DNA of 64,000 nucleotides from an uncultured virus (IMG/VR IMGVR_UViG_3300035422_000155) (Duplodnaviria; Heunggongvirae; Uroviricota; Caudoviricetes): IMG/VR virus record IMGVR_UViG_3300035422_000155; one strand, 5' to 3'. Shown piece by piece: positions 30,263 to 38,331 of this stretch (position 1 is its first letter; each line of letters starts with the position of its first letter). The notes under the pieces were generated by a model. It saw only the letters and a program-made list of their open reading frames with translations, ran no database searches and was not told where the DNA came from. The position numbers and the translations under genes were made by a program.

Positions 30263-30291
30263 ATTATAATAAATAGTGTAGGAATTGTCAA
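30263..30291 (-). promoter_or_regulatory. Consensus SigA promoter of the integrase; -35 flanked by inverted TGTAGGA/TCCTACA
   Basis: TTGACA-17-TATAAT on minus strand; heptamers at 30277-30283 and 30293-30299. Confidence 0.8.
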
Positions 30292-30444
30292 CTCCTACAT
30301 TTATATTTTCTTGCTAAAATTCTCTGATTTCTAACCTAGATTAAATACAGTACGCAGGTGACATGTTTTTCTGATAGCCTTAACATACAAAATCCGAAAA
30401 ATTCCCGGGGTGAGATTTTGGAAAACATTTTGAAGGAGGGCTGT

Positions 30445-30693
30445 ATGGACACCATATTTCAAACTGGTTCTGTACCGGTTGCGGTCGCCGCCAGGGTATA
30501 CGGTAAGGACGCTTCCTGGGTACGGGCTGGCATTATTTCCGGCTGGTTGCCTATTGGAAAAGCCACAAGGAACGGTCAACTCGTAACCAAAATCGAAGAG
30601 ATGAACAGCAGGCTGGGACGGATTAACTTCTATATCTCACCCAAATTGCTGTACGAACAAACCGGGTATCTTTGGAAAGGAGAAAAAGCATGA
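30445..30693 (+). CDS. Small DNA-binding protein, excisionase-like
   Basis: VAVAARVYGKDASWVRAG HTH-like segment; divergent from int; AAGGAGG RBS. Confidence 0.55.
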   Translation: MDTIFQTGSVPVAVAARVYGKDASWVRAGIISGWLPIGKATRNGQLVTKIEEMNSRLGRINFYISPKLLYEQTGYLWKGEKA

Positions 30694-31109
30694 GTACGAC
30701 CATAAGACCTGAGCTGTCAGAAAAGAATAAATACTGGATTGACCGTCACCGTTATTATGAGCTGAAACATTTTTGTTTACAGTATCTTACATGGAAAAAA
30801 GCTTATAGAACACTGGATGGCATGAGTAAGAGACCAAACGACCATCCGATACTTACCAAGCTCAATGTAGTGAGTGATCCGACTGCCAGATGTGCAGTTA
30901 CAAAAGCATATCTCGCGGAACGGATAGCGATGATAGAGGATGTCGCAGAGGATACGGACGAAGAACTAGCAAGTTATATTTTGCATGGGGTAACGGAGGG
31001 ATGCTCCTACGATGTATTGCGGGTGAGGTATAATATTCCGTGCTGTAAGGATGTCTACTACGACTTGTACAGACGGTTCTTCTGGCTGCTGAGCAAAGAA
31101 AGGGAGTAG
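30690..31109 (+). CDS. Phage protein, possible ArpU/RinA-like transcription regulator
   Basis: Size and C-terminal HTH-like pattern (GVTEGCSYD..YY..RRFFWLL); GAAAGGAG RBS. Confidence 0.45.
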   Translation: MSTTIRPELSEKNKYWIDRHRYYELKHFCLQYLTWKKAYRTLDGMSKRPNDHPILTKLNVVSDPTARCAVTKAYLAERIAMIEDVAEDTDEELASYILHGVTEGCSYDVLRVRYNIPCCKDVYYDLYRRFFWLLSKERE

Positions 31110-31156
31110 GTTTCGCAGAGATTTCATCTCCTTTAATGAAAGGAGCGTGAGATTTT

Positions 31157-31264
31157 ATGAAAACCAGAAATCCGTACATAACAGGACTTATTCCCTGGAT
31201 TGGTATCTGCATTATAGGAATTATTGGAACGGAATATCTTATTACACGACTTTTAAAGGATTGA
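31157..31264 (+). CDS. 35-aa hydrophobic peptide (cassette gene)
   Basis: MKTRNPYITGLIPWIGICIIGIIGTEYLITRLLKD between motif+RBS and hairpin. Confidence 0.6.
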   Translation: MKTRNPYITGLIPWIGICIIGIIGTEYLITRLLKD

Positions 31265-31329
31265 GCCAGCAATGGCTCTTTCTTTTTCGCATAAATCACA
31301 AGTCCTTTAATGAAAGGAGCGTGAAATTT

Positions 31330-31464
31330 ATGAGTGCAATAAAAAGATGGTTTGAAGATCATATTTCAGAGATTACGGACGAGGAATTACTGGAAGGTGG
31401 TTATGAACAGGAAGAAATTGACTTTATGAGAGAGTGCTTTACAGAAAAGAAGATGGAGTCCTAA
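31330..31464 (+). CDS. 44-aa acidic peptide (cassette gene, ends ES*)
   Basis: RBS AAAGGAG; stop lies inside the hairpin. Confidence 0.6.
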   Translation: MSAIKRWFEDHISEITDEELLEGGYEQEEIDFMRECFTEKKMES

Positions 31465-31575
31465 CAAGGGCTCTTTCTTTTCTGCTTAGAAAATGTTATA
31501 ATTAAGCCGATACCTGATACTTTTTGTTTTATATTTCGCAAATAATACATCGCCCTTTATGAAAGGAGGACACAT

Positions 31576-31773
31576 ATGACGGAACAAGGTTCTAATTTTG
31601 AAGAAAAGGAGAAAACCGAAATGATGAACGTTCAGGAAGTGGCAAGAATGACCGAATGGCTCAGAGCAAAAGGCATGAGCGATACGGAAATTCTCAACTG
31701 CATGAATTACATCGCTACGGGCGTTGGCTTACCGATGAATGACGAGCCGTCCGAAGTAAAAGAGTCCGAATGA
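31576..31773 (+). CDS. Hypothetical protein (cassette gene)
   Basis: Motif and RBS upstream, hairpin downstream. Confidence 0.65.
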   Translation: MTEQGSNFEEKEKTEMMNVQEVARMTEWLRAKGMSDTEILNCMNYIATGVGLPMNDEPSEVKESE

Positions 31774-31865
31774 TTCAGAGAGAAGAGTCGTGTAACAGCG
31801 GCTCTTTTCTTTTCGCATTTTATACATTTTCCTTTATGAAAAACAATATATAGGAGGTAACGTTT

Positions 31866-32036
31866 ATGTTTACGAAAGGTGAATTTTTTGGAGCTGTAGC
31901 GATTAGCCTGATTGGAGGAATAGCAATAGGCTATAGCAAGGCAAGAGAAGTTTGCATGGCAGCGATAGCAAAAGCACAAACTGAATACAATGTTGAAAAA
32001 GAAAAAGAGGAAAAAGAAAACAAAGAGGAGTCCTAA
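31866..32036 (+). CDS. 56-aa protein with hydrophobic N-terminus (cassette gene, ends ES*)
   Basis: MFTKGEFFGAVAISLIGGIAIG..KEES*; AGGAGG RBS. Confidence 0.65.
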   Translation: MFTKGEFFGAVAISLIGGIAIGYSKAREVCMAAIAKAQTEYNVEKEKEEKENKEES

Positions 32037-32142
32037 CAAGGGCTCTTTCTTTTTTTTTTAATCTAGCTTAGAAACCAGTACACAGGTGACTGAAAAACAT
32101 GGTAATTTGGTATCTGAAAAAATCTATGGAAGGAGGAACGGT

Positions 32143-32361
32143 ATGCTAATGGTTGTTATATTTATCACAGGTTTTCTTGTTGGGTGCGGTATTACAGTTG
32201 CAATCTTTAAACAGAAATGTGTTGGGGCTTTACGGGTTGATACATCTGATCCGGACGGCCCTTTTATATTTCTTGAAGCATCTAAGAGTATCGACTTTAT
32301 CGCATCAAAAAAATCGGTCATGCTGGAAGTAAATCTCAAAAACTATATTTCGCATGACTAA
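32143..32361 (+). CDS. Small membrane-anchored phage protein
   Basis: N-terminal TM-like segment; AAGGAGG RBS. Confidence 0.65.
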   Translation: MLMVVIFITGFLVGCGITVAIFKQKCVGALRVDTSDPDGPFIFLEASKSIDFIASKKSVMLEVNLKNYISHD

Positions 32362-32412
32362 CAGTTCCTTTTATGGAAGCTAAAAACTTGATAGCGAAAG
32401 GAGAAAAAAAAT

Positions 32413-32859
32413 ATGAACGAAGACATTATCACAATGTTGGACGAGCAGATTAAGGCCGAACTCGGGGGTTTATCCGGTCTTGCAGTAGGGAGCAAGGAAC
32501 ATACGGAGGCAATAGAGGGTTTAGCCAAGCTGTACCGGTTAAGAATCGACGATTCTAAGGCTGCAATGGAGTACAACAAAGAGATTGATGACGAAAATTT
32601 CAGACGTGACCAGATGGAGCAGGAGAAAACGCAACATCAGGAACAGGTGGAAAGAGAAGAACAATCTCGGAAGGAACAACTTGCAGAGCAGAAGAAGGAT
32701 CGTTATATAAAGATTGGTATTGCTGCGGCTGAGCTTATGGTGCCGCTGGTGTTCTTTGCCAAGATTTATCAGATGGGATATGATCTGGAAAAGGACGGCA
32801 CGTTTACGGTTCAAACATTGAAGAACTTGATTCGGTTCGTTAAACCGACCAAACGATAA
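32413..32859 (+). CDS. Coiled-coil phage protein with C-terminal hydrophobic segment
   Basis: ORF with GAAAGGAG RBS. Confidence 0.7.
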   Translation: MNEDIITMLDEQIKAELGGLSGLAVGSKEHTEAIEGLAKLYRLRIDDSKAAMEYNKEIDDENFRRDQMEQEKTQHQEQVEREEQSRKEQLAEQKKDRYIKIGIAAAELMVPLVFFAKIYQMGYDLEKDGTFTVQTLKNLIRFVKPTKR

Positions 32860-33034
32860 GAGTTTAAGATTCCAAAGCGAGAAGGCGTGATATTTACAGC
32901 GCCTTTTCGTTTTTCCTTCGCTAAAATTGCATATTCTCTTATGGAGATACAAAGAGCTCTTTAATCTCTTAACTTAACTATGAAAAGGGTGTATGATATG
33001 TAGTGCACTCCAAGTTACGAAAGGAGATAATAAT

Positions 33035-33346
33035 ATGAGCCAAATAATTAAACCGGAAGGTATTGAGTTGATGGAATACCTGAACGAAGGGTATGCAATT
33101 TGCAACAAATGCGGAGCAGTTATGGACCGCAGGGAACATCCCAGGGGTGGAAATGATATTTATACCTGCCCATCATGTGGTTGGAATGTAGATGTGATGG
33201 ATTATGAGTACGAAGATGATGAGGAAGAAGAATGGACAGAAGAAATGCTCGATATGTACGCAGGAAATGTACCGCCAAATGGATGTAGAGCCTGTGGAGG
33301 TCCTTATCCGAGCTGTAAATTGTCATGCCCAGCATTTGACGAGTAA
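33035..33346 (+). CDS. Cys-rich Zn-finger phage protein
   Basis: CNKC..CPSC and CRACGGPYPSC..C. Confidence 0.7.
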   Translation: MSQIIKPEGIELMEYLNEGYAICNKCGAVMDRREHPRGGNDIYTCPSCGWNVDVMDYEYEDDEEEEWTEEMLDMYAGNVPPNGCRACGGPYPSCKLSCPAFDE

Positions 33347-33434
33347 TATTAGGGAGAGGAAGTCCTGACGAGGGCTTTTTCTCTTGCGTTTTCGCATTTT
33401 ATACAACTCCTTTAATGAAAGGAGAGTGAGTTTT

Positions 33435-33662
33435 ATGAGAAATAAAGTATTGAGTTTTATCCACGATAAGAAGGCTTATAATCTTGGACAGTATTTAACA
33501 AATGGTGGACTGATTTTGGTGTCTGTAGGAGTCGTATCAGCACTGATAGGAAATCAAATAAGAATAAATGCTGTTGATGAGAGGGTTATTATTGGTGGAG
33601 AACTTCTTGAAAAGTATTTTAATGAAGTTTACAAAACTGTTATCGAAAAGATGGAGTCCTAA
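33435..33662 (+). CDS. Small protein with TM-like segment (cassette gene, ends ES*)
   Basis: Motif+RBS upstream; stop in hairpin. Confidence 0.65.
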   Translation: MRNKVLSFIHDKKAYNLGQYLTNGGLILVSVGVVSALIGNQIRINAVDERVIIGGELLEKYFNEVYKTVIEKMES

Positions 33663-33697
33663 CAAGGGCTCTTTCTCTTGCGTTTTGGGAGAATAAG

Positions 33698-34060
33698 ATG
33701 AGATATCATTACAAGAAACCGACAATGCCACGAACAAAATTTGGCAGATGTTATATTTGCAATCATCCGGTTTATAATAGTTGTACTCTATTTGAAATAA
33801 GTGAGAAAGGTCTCGCCGTGATTCAACAGCGATTTGATAAAGAAACAAAAAGTACCTGGTGGGGTGAGATAGACCCTTGGCTTACTGCTGAGCTATATTT
33901 ACATCCACGATTTAAAACATACTTTGACGAACGTGCAGGTACTTGTACGGATGATGGTTTATATCCCACGGTCACAGTCCGGCAAATTATGTGGGCATTG
34001 AAAATGAAACCTATTAAACGTGAGCGATGGGAAACAGTCTTTGACAGACGTGATATTTAG
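33698..34060 (+). CDS. Phage hypothetical protein
   Basis: 120-aa ORF with RBS. Confidence 0.7.
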   Translation: MRYHYKKPTMPRTKFGRCYICNHPVYNSCTLFEISEKGLAVIQQRFDKETKSTWWGEIDPWLTAELYLHPRFKTYFDERAGTCTDDGLYPTVTVRQIMWALKMKPIKRERWETVFDRRDI

Positions 34061-34115
34061 CGAAAATTACAACTCCTTTAATGAAACAACGAATTTCTTG
34101 AAAGGAGAAAAGCAT

Positions 34116-34355
34116 ATGAATTACAAAAACTTAGCAAAAATGGTGATTACTGGAGCAGTAGTATTAGGATTCGGAGACTTGATGTTTCATGCTGGAAAAG
34201 GACAGATGTTATATGTTCTTTCCCACCATAACGTTACGGCAACGGATATGAAAAAGATTCTGTCGGATAGTAAGGAAAAACCTTATCCAACGAAAGTTAT
34301 ATTAGGAGTATGCAAAATGTATGAAGAAGTTCGTGGTAAAAAAGAGGAGTCCTAA
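34116..34355 (+). CDS. Small protein (cassette gene, ends ES*)
   Basis: Motif+RBS upstream; stop in hairpin. Confidence 0.65.
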   Translation: MNYKNLAKMVITGAVVLGFGDLMFHAGKGQMLYVLSHHNVTATDMKKILSDSKEKPYPTKVILGVCKMYEEVRGKKEES

Positions 34356-34428
34356 CAAGGGCTCTTTCTTTTCGCAATTTATACATTCTCCTTTATGAAA
34401 ACCATAGACCGAAAGGAGAAAAAGAGGT

Positions 34429-34647
34429 ATGGACGAGATGAACATTATATCAAAATTCACAACGGCGCTTGTGTCAAAAGTCGCAAAGGTGATGATCAAA
34501 AAGAAGTTGGGTGTAGATATGGATATCCGGCTTAAAGAAATGAAGGTCACTATCAACGATGGAACTACACACGCACATTTGGATATTGATGTGGAGCTTA
34601 GTAAGGAAGAACTGAAAAAGTTACTGAAGGAAAGTGGTTTTGATTAA
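34429..34647 (+). CDS. Phage hypothetical protein (cassette gene)
   Basis: Motif upstream, hairpin downstream. Confidence 0.65.
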   Translation: MDEMNIISKFTTALVSKVAKVMIKKKLGVDMDIRLKEMKVTINDGTTHAHLDIDVELSKEELKKLLKESGFD

Positions 34648-34725
34648 AGAGTATGAGCCTGTAACAAGGGCTCTTTCTCTTTTTCGTTATATTTACAAGC
34701 CCTTTAATGAAAGGAGCGTGATTAT

Positions 34726-35019
34726 ATGAGAATCATAACTATTTGTGGGAGCTATAGGTATAAGTCCAAAATGATAAGCGTATATCAGCAGCTTACTGAT
34801 TTGGGATACATTGTGTTATTTCCAGCGATGGGATGCGAGGGACATGACAAGAAATGGTATCTGGAATTGCATACGGAAAAGATTGCAATGTCTGATGCTA
34901 TATTCGTGGTAGACGTTGACCATTATGTTGGAGAAAGCACTAAGTATGAGATGAAGAAAGCGGATGAACTTGATAAGGAAATTATATTTTATAGCAGCAA
35001 CAAGTTAGGAGTCGTGTAA
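34726..35019 (+). CDS. Nucleoside-deoxyribosyltransferase-like small protein (cassette gene)
   Basis: ITICGS..KIAMSDAIFVVD..YVGEST.YE; paralog at 60605. Confidence 0.6.
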   Translation: MRIITICGSYRYKSKMISVYQQLTDLGYIVLFPAMGCEGHDKKWYLELHTEKIAMSDAIFVVDVDHYVGESTKYEMKKADELDKEIIFYSSNKLGVV

Positions 35020-35063
35020 CAGCGGCTCTTTTCTTTCGCAAAATTTACAAAGGCTATTATGAG

Positions 35064-35153
35064 AAACAGTTAGCTCAGTTGGCAGAGCGACACAGGCGAT
35101 CGGTGAAAGCCCGAATCCTGTGTAGATCGAGGGTTCGAGTCCCTCACTGTTTC
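35064..35153 (+). ncRNA. tRNA-like RNA without a canonical anticodon loop
   Basis: Acceptor AAACAGT/ACTGTTT, D-arm GCTC-AGTTGGCA-GAGC, T-arm GAGGG-TTCGAGT-CCCTC; anticodon arm extended to a GAAA-capped hairpin. Confidence 0.75.
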
Positions 35154-35198
35154 TTTTTATTTTTTCACAGCCAAAAATAAAAACGAGGAGGAAATGAA

Positions 35199-35660
35199 AT
35201 GAACAGACAAATTTACATTCATTACGGAGCAAAGCAGTTTGACCCACTGTTAAACTTCCCAATCAAAAATGAGCATTGTTGGGTAAAGCCTAAAGGCGGT
35301 TTATGGGGGTCAAGAATAAATGCCTCTTTCGGCTGGAAAGATTGGTGTGCCAGAGAAGAATTCAGAGACTGCAAAGACGATTGCTCTTTTAAGTTTGTTA
35401 TGAGGGACGAAAACAAAATTGCAGTTATCAGTACATTGGCACAGCTTCGCAGATTACCTCATATTGAAAATCCAATTATACGTTCGTCGTATCTCATTGA
35501 TTTTGAGAAGTGTCTGCGGATTGGCATAGATGCTATTGAACTTTGCTGGTATGGCGAAGAATTTGAGAAGGTCGCATCCGGTGATTTATATTTTGAACTG
35601 TATGGTTGGGATTGCGATTCGATTGTGGTGTTAAACCCGGATGCCGTAATCCAGAGATGA
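35199..35660 (+). CDS. Phage hypothetical protein
   Basis: 153-aa ORF, GAGGAGG RBS; KPKGGLW and YGWDCDS segments. Confidence 0.7.
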   Translation: MNRQIYIHYGAKQFDPLLNFPIKNEHCWVKPKGGLWGSRINASFGWKDWCAREEFRDCKDDCSFKFVMRDENKIAVISTLAQLRRLPHIENPIIRSSYLIDFEKCLRIGIDAIELCWYGEEFEKVASGDLYFELYGWDCDSIVVLNPDAVIQR

Positions 35661-35686
35661 AGTTTAAATTTGAAAGGAGAAAAGCA

Positions 35687-36469
35687 ATGAAGAAATTTCT
35701 AAGAAAGGCATCCCCTACAATCCTAACTTGTTTAGGGGTAATAGGTGTGGTAGGTACTGCCGTGTTGTCGGTACGGGCTACGCCAAAAGCACTGGCACTT
35801 ATTAAAGTCAAAAAAGACGAGCTGGAAGCTGATAAGCTGACTCCACAGGAGCTTATAGAGGCAACATGGAGATGTTATATTCCATCGGCTTTGGTTGGGG
35901 CATCTACAATCGCCTGTATAATCGGTATTGGCGTATTGGATAGGCGCAATCAGGCAGCATTAACCAGTGCTTACGCCATGCTTAATGAATCTTACAAACA
36001 GTACCGACAGGCAGCTAAAAAGGTCTATGGAGCGGATGCGGACGATAAAATCCATGCCGAGATGGCTAAAGACGCAATGATAGCTGATAATGGTTGGGGC
36101 TATCAGACCTACAACATGGATATGGATACAGAAAGCGAGCGTATTCTGTGTTACGACATGTTCTCCAAAAGATATTTTAATACGACTATGGCAGCGGTAA
36201 TCAACGCCCAGTATCACATTAACCGTAATCTTCAGCTCCGTGGATATTGCTGTTTAAACGAATATTACGAGTTCCTGGGCATCAATGGAGTCGATCTTGG
36301 CGATGAAATGGGTTGGAATATACAGGAAATGTATGAGGGCGGCGAGATGTGGCTTGATTTCGATAACCGAAAAACAGCTCTTGAAGATGGTCTTGAATGC
36401 GTGGTCATTTCGGGATATGAACCGCAGCAATTTGGAGAAGAGATACTTGGAGAAATAAAGGAGGGGTGA
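35687..36469 (+). CDS. DUF6353-like phage protein, paralog 1
   Basis: SPTILT..GV..TAVL.VRATPKA; CYD..SKRYF; LNEYY..LG; MGW. Confidence 0.65.
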   Translation: MKKFLRKASPTILTCLGVIGVVGTAVLSVRATPKALALIKVKKDELEADKLTPQELIEATWRCYIPSALVGASTIACIIGIGVLDRRNQAALTSAYAMLNESYKQYRQAAKKVYGADADDKIHAEMAKDAMIADNGWGYQTYNMDMDTESERILCYDMFSKRYFNTTMAAVINAQYHINRNLQLRGYCCLNEYYEFLGINGVDLGDEMGWNIQEMYEGGEMWLDFDNRKTALEDGLECVVISGYEPQQFGEEILGEIKEG

Positions 36470-36684
36470 CTCTTATGGAAGAGAGAAAACTGACAAAGGA
36501 AGACATTATGGACATTGCAGTAGGTGCTGGAATTATATTTGTAACTGGATTTGTTGCATACAAGCTTGGCGTGGACAGTGGTAAAAAGCAGTATCAGAAA
36601 ACTATGATAAGGCTTGCCAGGAATAACGGCGAGATATGGCGTATCGTAGATAGAGACCATAGACTTACGGTAACGTATTTCTAA
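36466..36684 (+). CDS. Small membrane protein
   Basis: Hydrophobic segment; overlaps upstream stop. Confidence 0.55.
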   Translation: MTLMEERKLTKEDIMDIAVGAGIIFVTGFVAYKLGVDSGKKQYQKTMIRLARNNGEIWRIVDRDHRLTVTYF

Positions 36685-36729
36685 GTCGCAAAATTTACAA
36701 TCACTATTATGGAAAGGAGGTAACGCTTT

Positions 36730-36897
36730 ATGGGAAGAAGCAGCATCATTAAAGTTCTTGGAACGGTAGTGACCGTAGTTGGATTGGCAGCAAATTTGCT
36801 GTCCGACTGGGTTAAAGACCAGCAGATGAACGAAAAGATTGAAGAAAAGGTCAATGAAGCGATTGCCAAAAGAGATAAAGAAAACGAGGAGTCCTAA
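36730..36897 (+). CDS. 55-aa protein (cassette gene, ends ES*)
   Basis: MGRSSIIKVLGTVVTVVGLAANLL..ENEES*; AAGGAGG RBS. Confidence 0.7.
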   Translation: MGRSSIIKVLGTVVTVVGLAANLLSDWVKDQQMNEKIEEKVNEAIAKRDKENEES

Positions 36898-36932
36898 CAG
36901 GGACTCTTCTTTTCTGTCTGAAGGAGAGCGCT

Positions 36933-37238
36933 ATGTCTAAGCATGAACAAGTTATTTTGATTATCGAAGATTATATTTTCGATATCACAGAACCACAGCG
37001 AAATTGGGATAAACATTGGTTCAAAGAAGTTAGTTATCAAAGATGGGCTGGTAACGAACTTTTAAATCGTGTCCGTAGAAATCCGGAGAAAGACCCTATT
37101 GATATCATATCGGATTTTGTAATAAAGACGCGTGAATTTTCCTCAAAAGACCATGAGGACAAAGGAGATCGGCAGATATTTAGTATTGCTTATGAAATGG
37201 CAACGGACATCTTGGAAATCATAAGATGTTTAAATTAA
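36933..37238 (+). CDS. Phage hypothetical protein
   Basis: ORF with AAGGAG RBS. Confidence 0.65.
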   Translation: MSKHEQVILIIEDYIFDITEPQRNWDKHWFKEVSYQRWAGNELLNRVRRNPEKDPIDIISDFVIKTREFSSKDHEDKGDRQIFSIAYEMATDILEIIRCLN

Positions 37239-37267
37239 CAATTCAAAATTGAAAGGAGAAAACAATT

Positions 37268-37816
37268 ATGAAGGTAACAAGAAAGGTGCAGTTCAAAACA
37301 AATGAAATCAGTGTAGGAGATCAGATTAGCGTAAAGCTCCACGGCTTCGGCAAGTTTACGGCAACTGCGCAGAAGGTAACAGATAAAGGAATTCTTTTTC
37401 TGTTTGATGAGGTGATTGCCCGGCATTCGATGAACGATTCCAATACCAATAAGGGCGGATTCGATGGTTCGGATATGAAGAAGTGGCTGAACGAGGTTGT
37501 TCTTCGGGCATTCCCTGAAAAGCTGAGAAACAAGGTAACGGAGATTACGTTGCCTACATACGGCGAGATATTCGGTCATGACGATTTCTATGAAAACTTT
37601 GAGCCGGATAACGATGAGCAGTTTGAGATGATGAAGCGGCGCGGAAACCGTGTCTGCGACTTCGAGGATGACTGGTGCTGGTGGTGGCTCCGCAATGCTG
37701 CCAAGGAAAACGTTTCTTCGGCTCATTTCGCTTATGTGACCAGCTGTGGCTATGCGAACTACGGCAACGCCTCGAACTCTTTCGGGGTTCGTCCGGAGTT
37801 CTGGCTGGTTAGATAA
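37268..37816 (+). CDS. DUF6273/C-type-lectin-fold protein, probable DGR target
   Basis: WWWWLRN..SAHFAYV...GYANYGNASNSFGVRP; GC hairpin 37820-37836 follows the stop. Confidence 0.65.
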   Translation: MKVTRKVQFKTNEISVGDQISVKLHGFGKFTATAQKVTDKGILFLFDEVIARHSMNDSNTNKGGFDGSDMKKWLNEVVLRAFPEKLRNKVTEITLPTYGEIFGHDDFYENFEPDNDEQFEMMKRRGNRVCDFEDDWCWWWLRNAAKENVSSAHFAYVTSCGYANYGNASNSFGVRPEFWLVR

Positions 37817-37862
37817 TCGCCGCCCCCTGTGGGCGGTTTTATATTTTTGAAAGGAGAAAATC

Positions 37863-38315
37863 ATGTTAAAAATCTTGGTACGAAAATGGGATAAAAATAA
37901 AGATAGATTGAGGAAGTATCTTGAAGAAGCAGTAAATTTGAATAGCTGCTCGTATTTGGATCTCGTTAAGATGACTTTCATGTATATATACAATGATGAT
38001 ACGCAGCCCATTCATTTGAATGTCGAAGATATTACCGAAATTGATAATGGTGACTATCAAGGTACTTTGTTATTTCTTATTCCGTTTGACACTTATCAAC
38101 CTTCAGAAAGTCAATATTTAATGACTTATATTGGTTATGGCTCTTGTTCATGTTGCGATACTCTTCAGGCAATTCAGGATGGATATGATAAGAAGTTGGC
38201 CGGACAGCAGATTGTAGACTTTATGACTCTCTGTAAGGATATTCTTTCTAACACTATCAAGCCATACAATAATGGCTGGCGTGAGGAAGATGAATTCACT
38301 CAGGCAGAGTTATGA
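37863..38315 (+). CDS. Phage hypothetical protein
   Basis: DYQG..YGSCSCCD segment; RBS. Confidence 0.65.
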   Translation: MLKILVRKWDKNKDRLRKYLEEAVNLNSCSYLDLVKMTFMYIYNDDTQPIHLNVEDITEIDNGDYQGTLLFLIPFDTYQPSESQYLMTYIGYGSCSCCDTLQAIQDGYDKKLAGQQIVDFMTLCKDILSNTIKPYNNGWREEDEFTQAEL

Positions 38316-38331
38316 TACGAGGAGGTATATT

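Noticed and set aside
31147..31464. 105-aa ORF from the track
   Set aside because: Runs through a terminator and promoter motif; better explained as two cassette genes with their own RBS
34655..34673. GTAACAAGG match to the 16S rRNA 3' region
   Set aside because: Nine-base coincidence with no other rRNA similarity
35064..35153. Ordinary tRNA or tmRNA call
   Set aside because: No 7-nt anticodon loop; far too short for tmRNA and it has a full D stem
31263..36915. Hairpin repeats as a CRISPR array
   Set aside because: Intervals are hundreds of bp, irregular and contain ORFs; no cas genes
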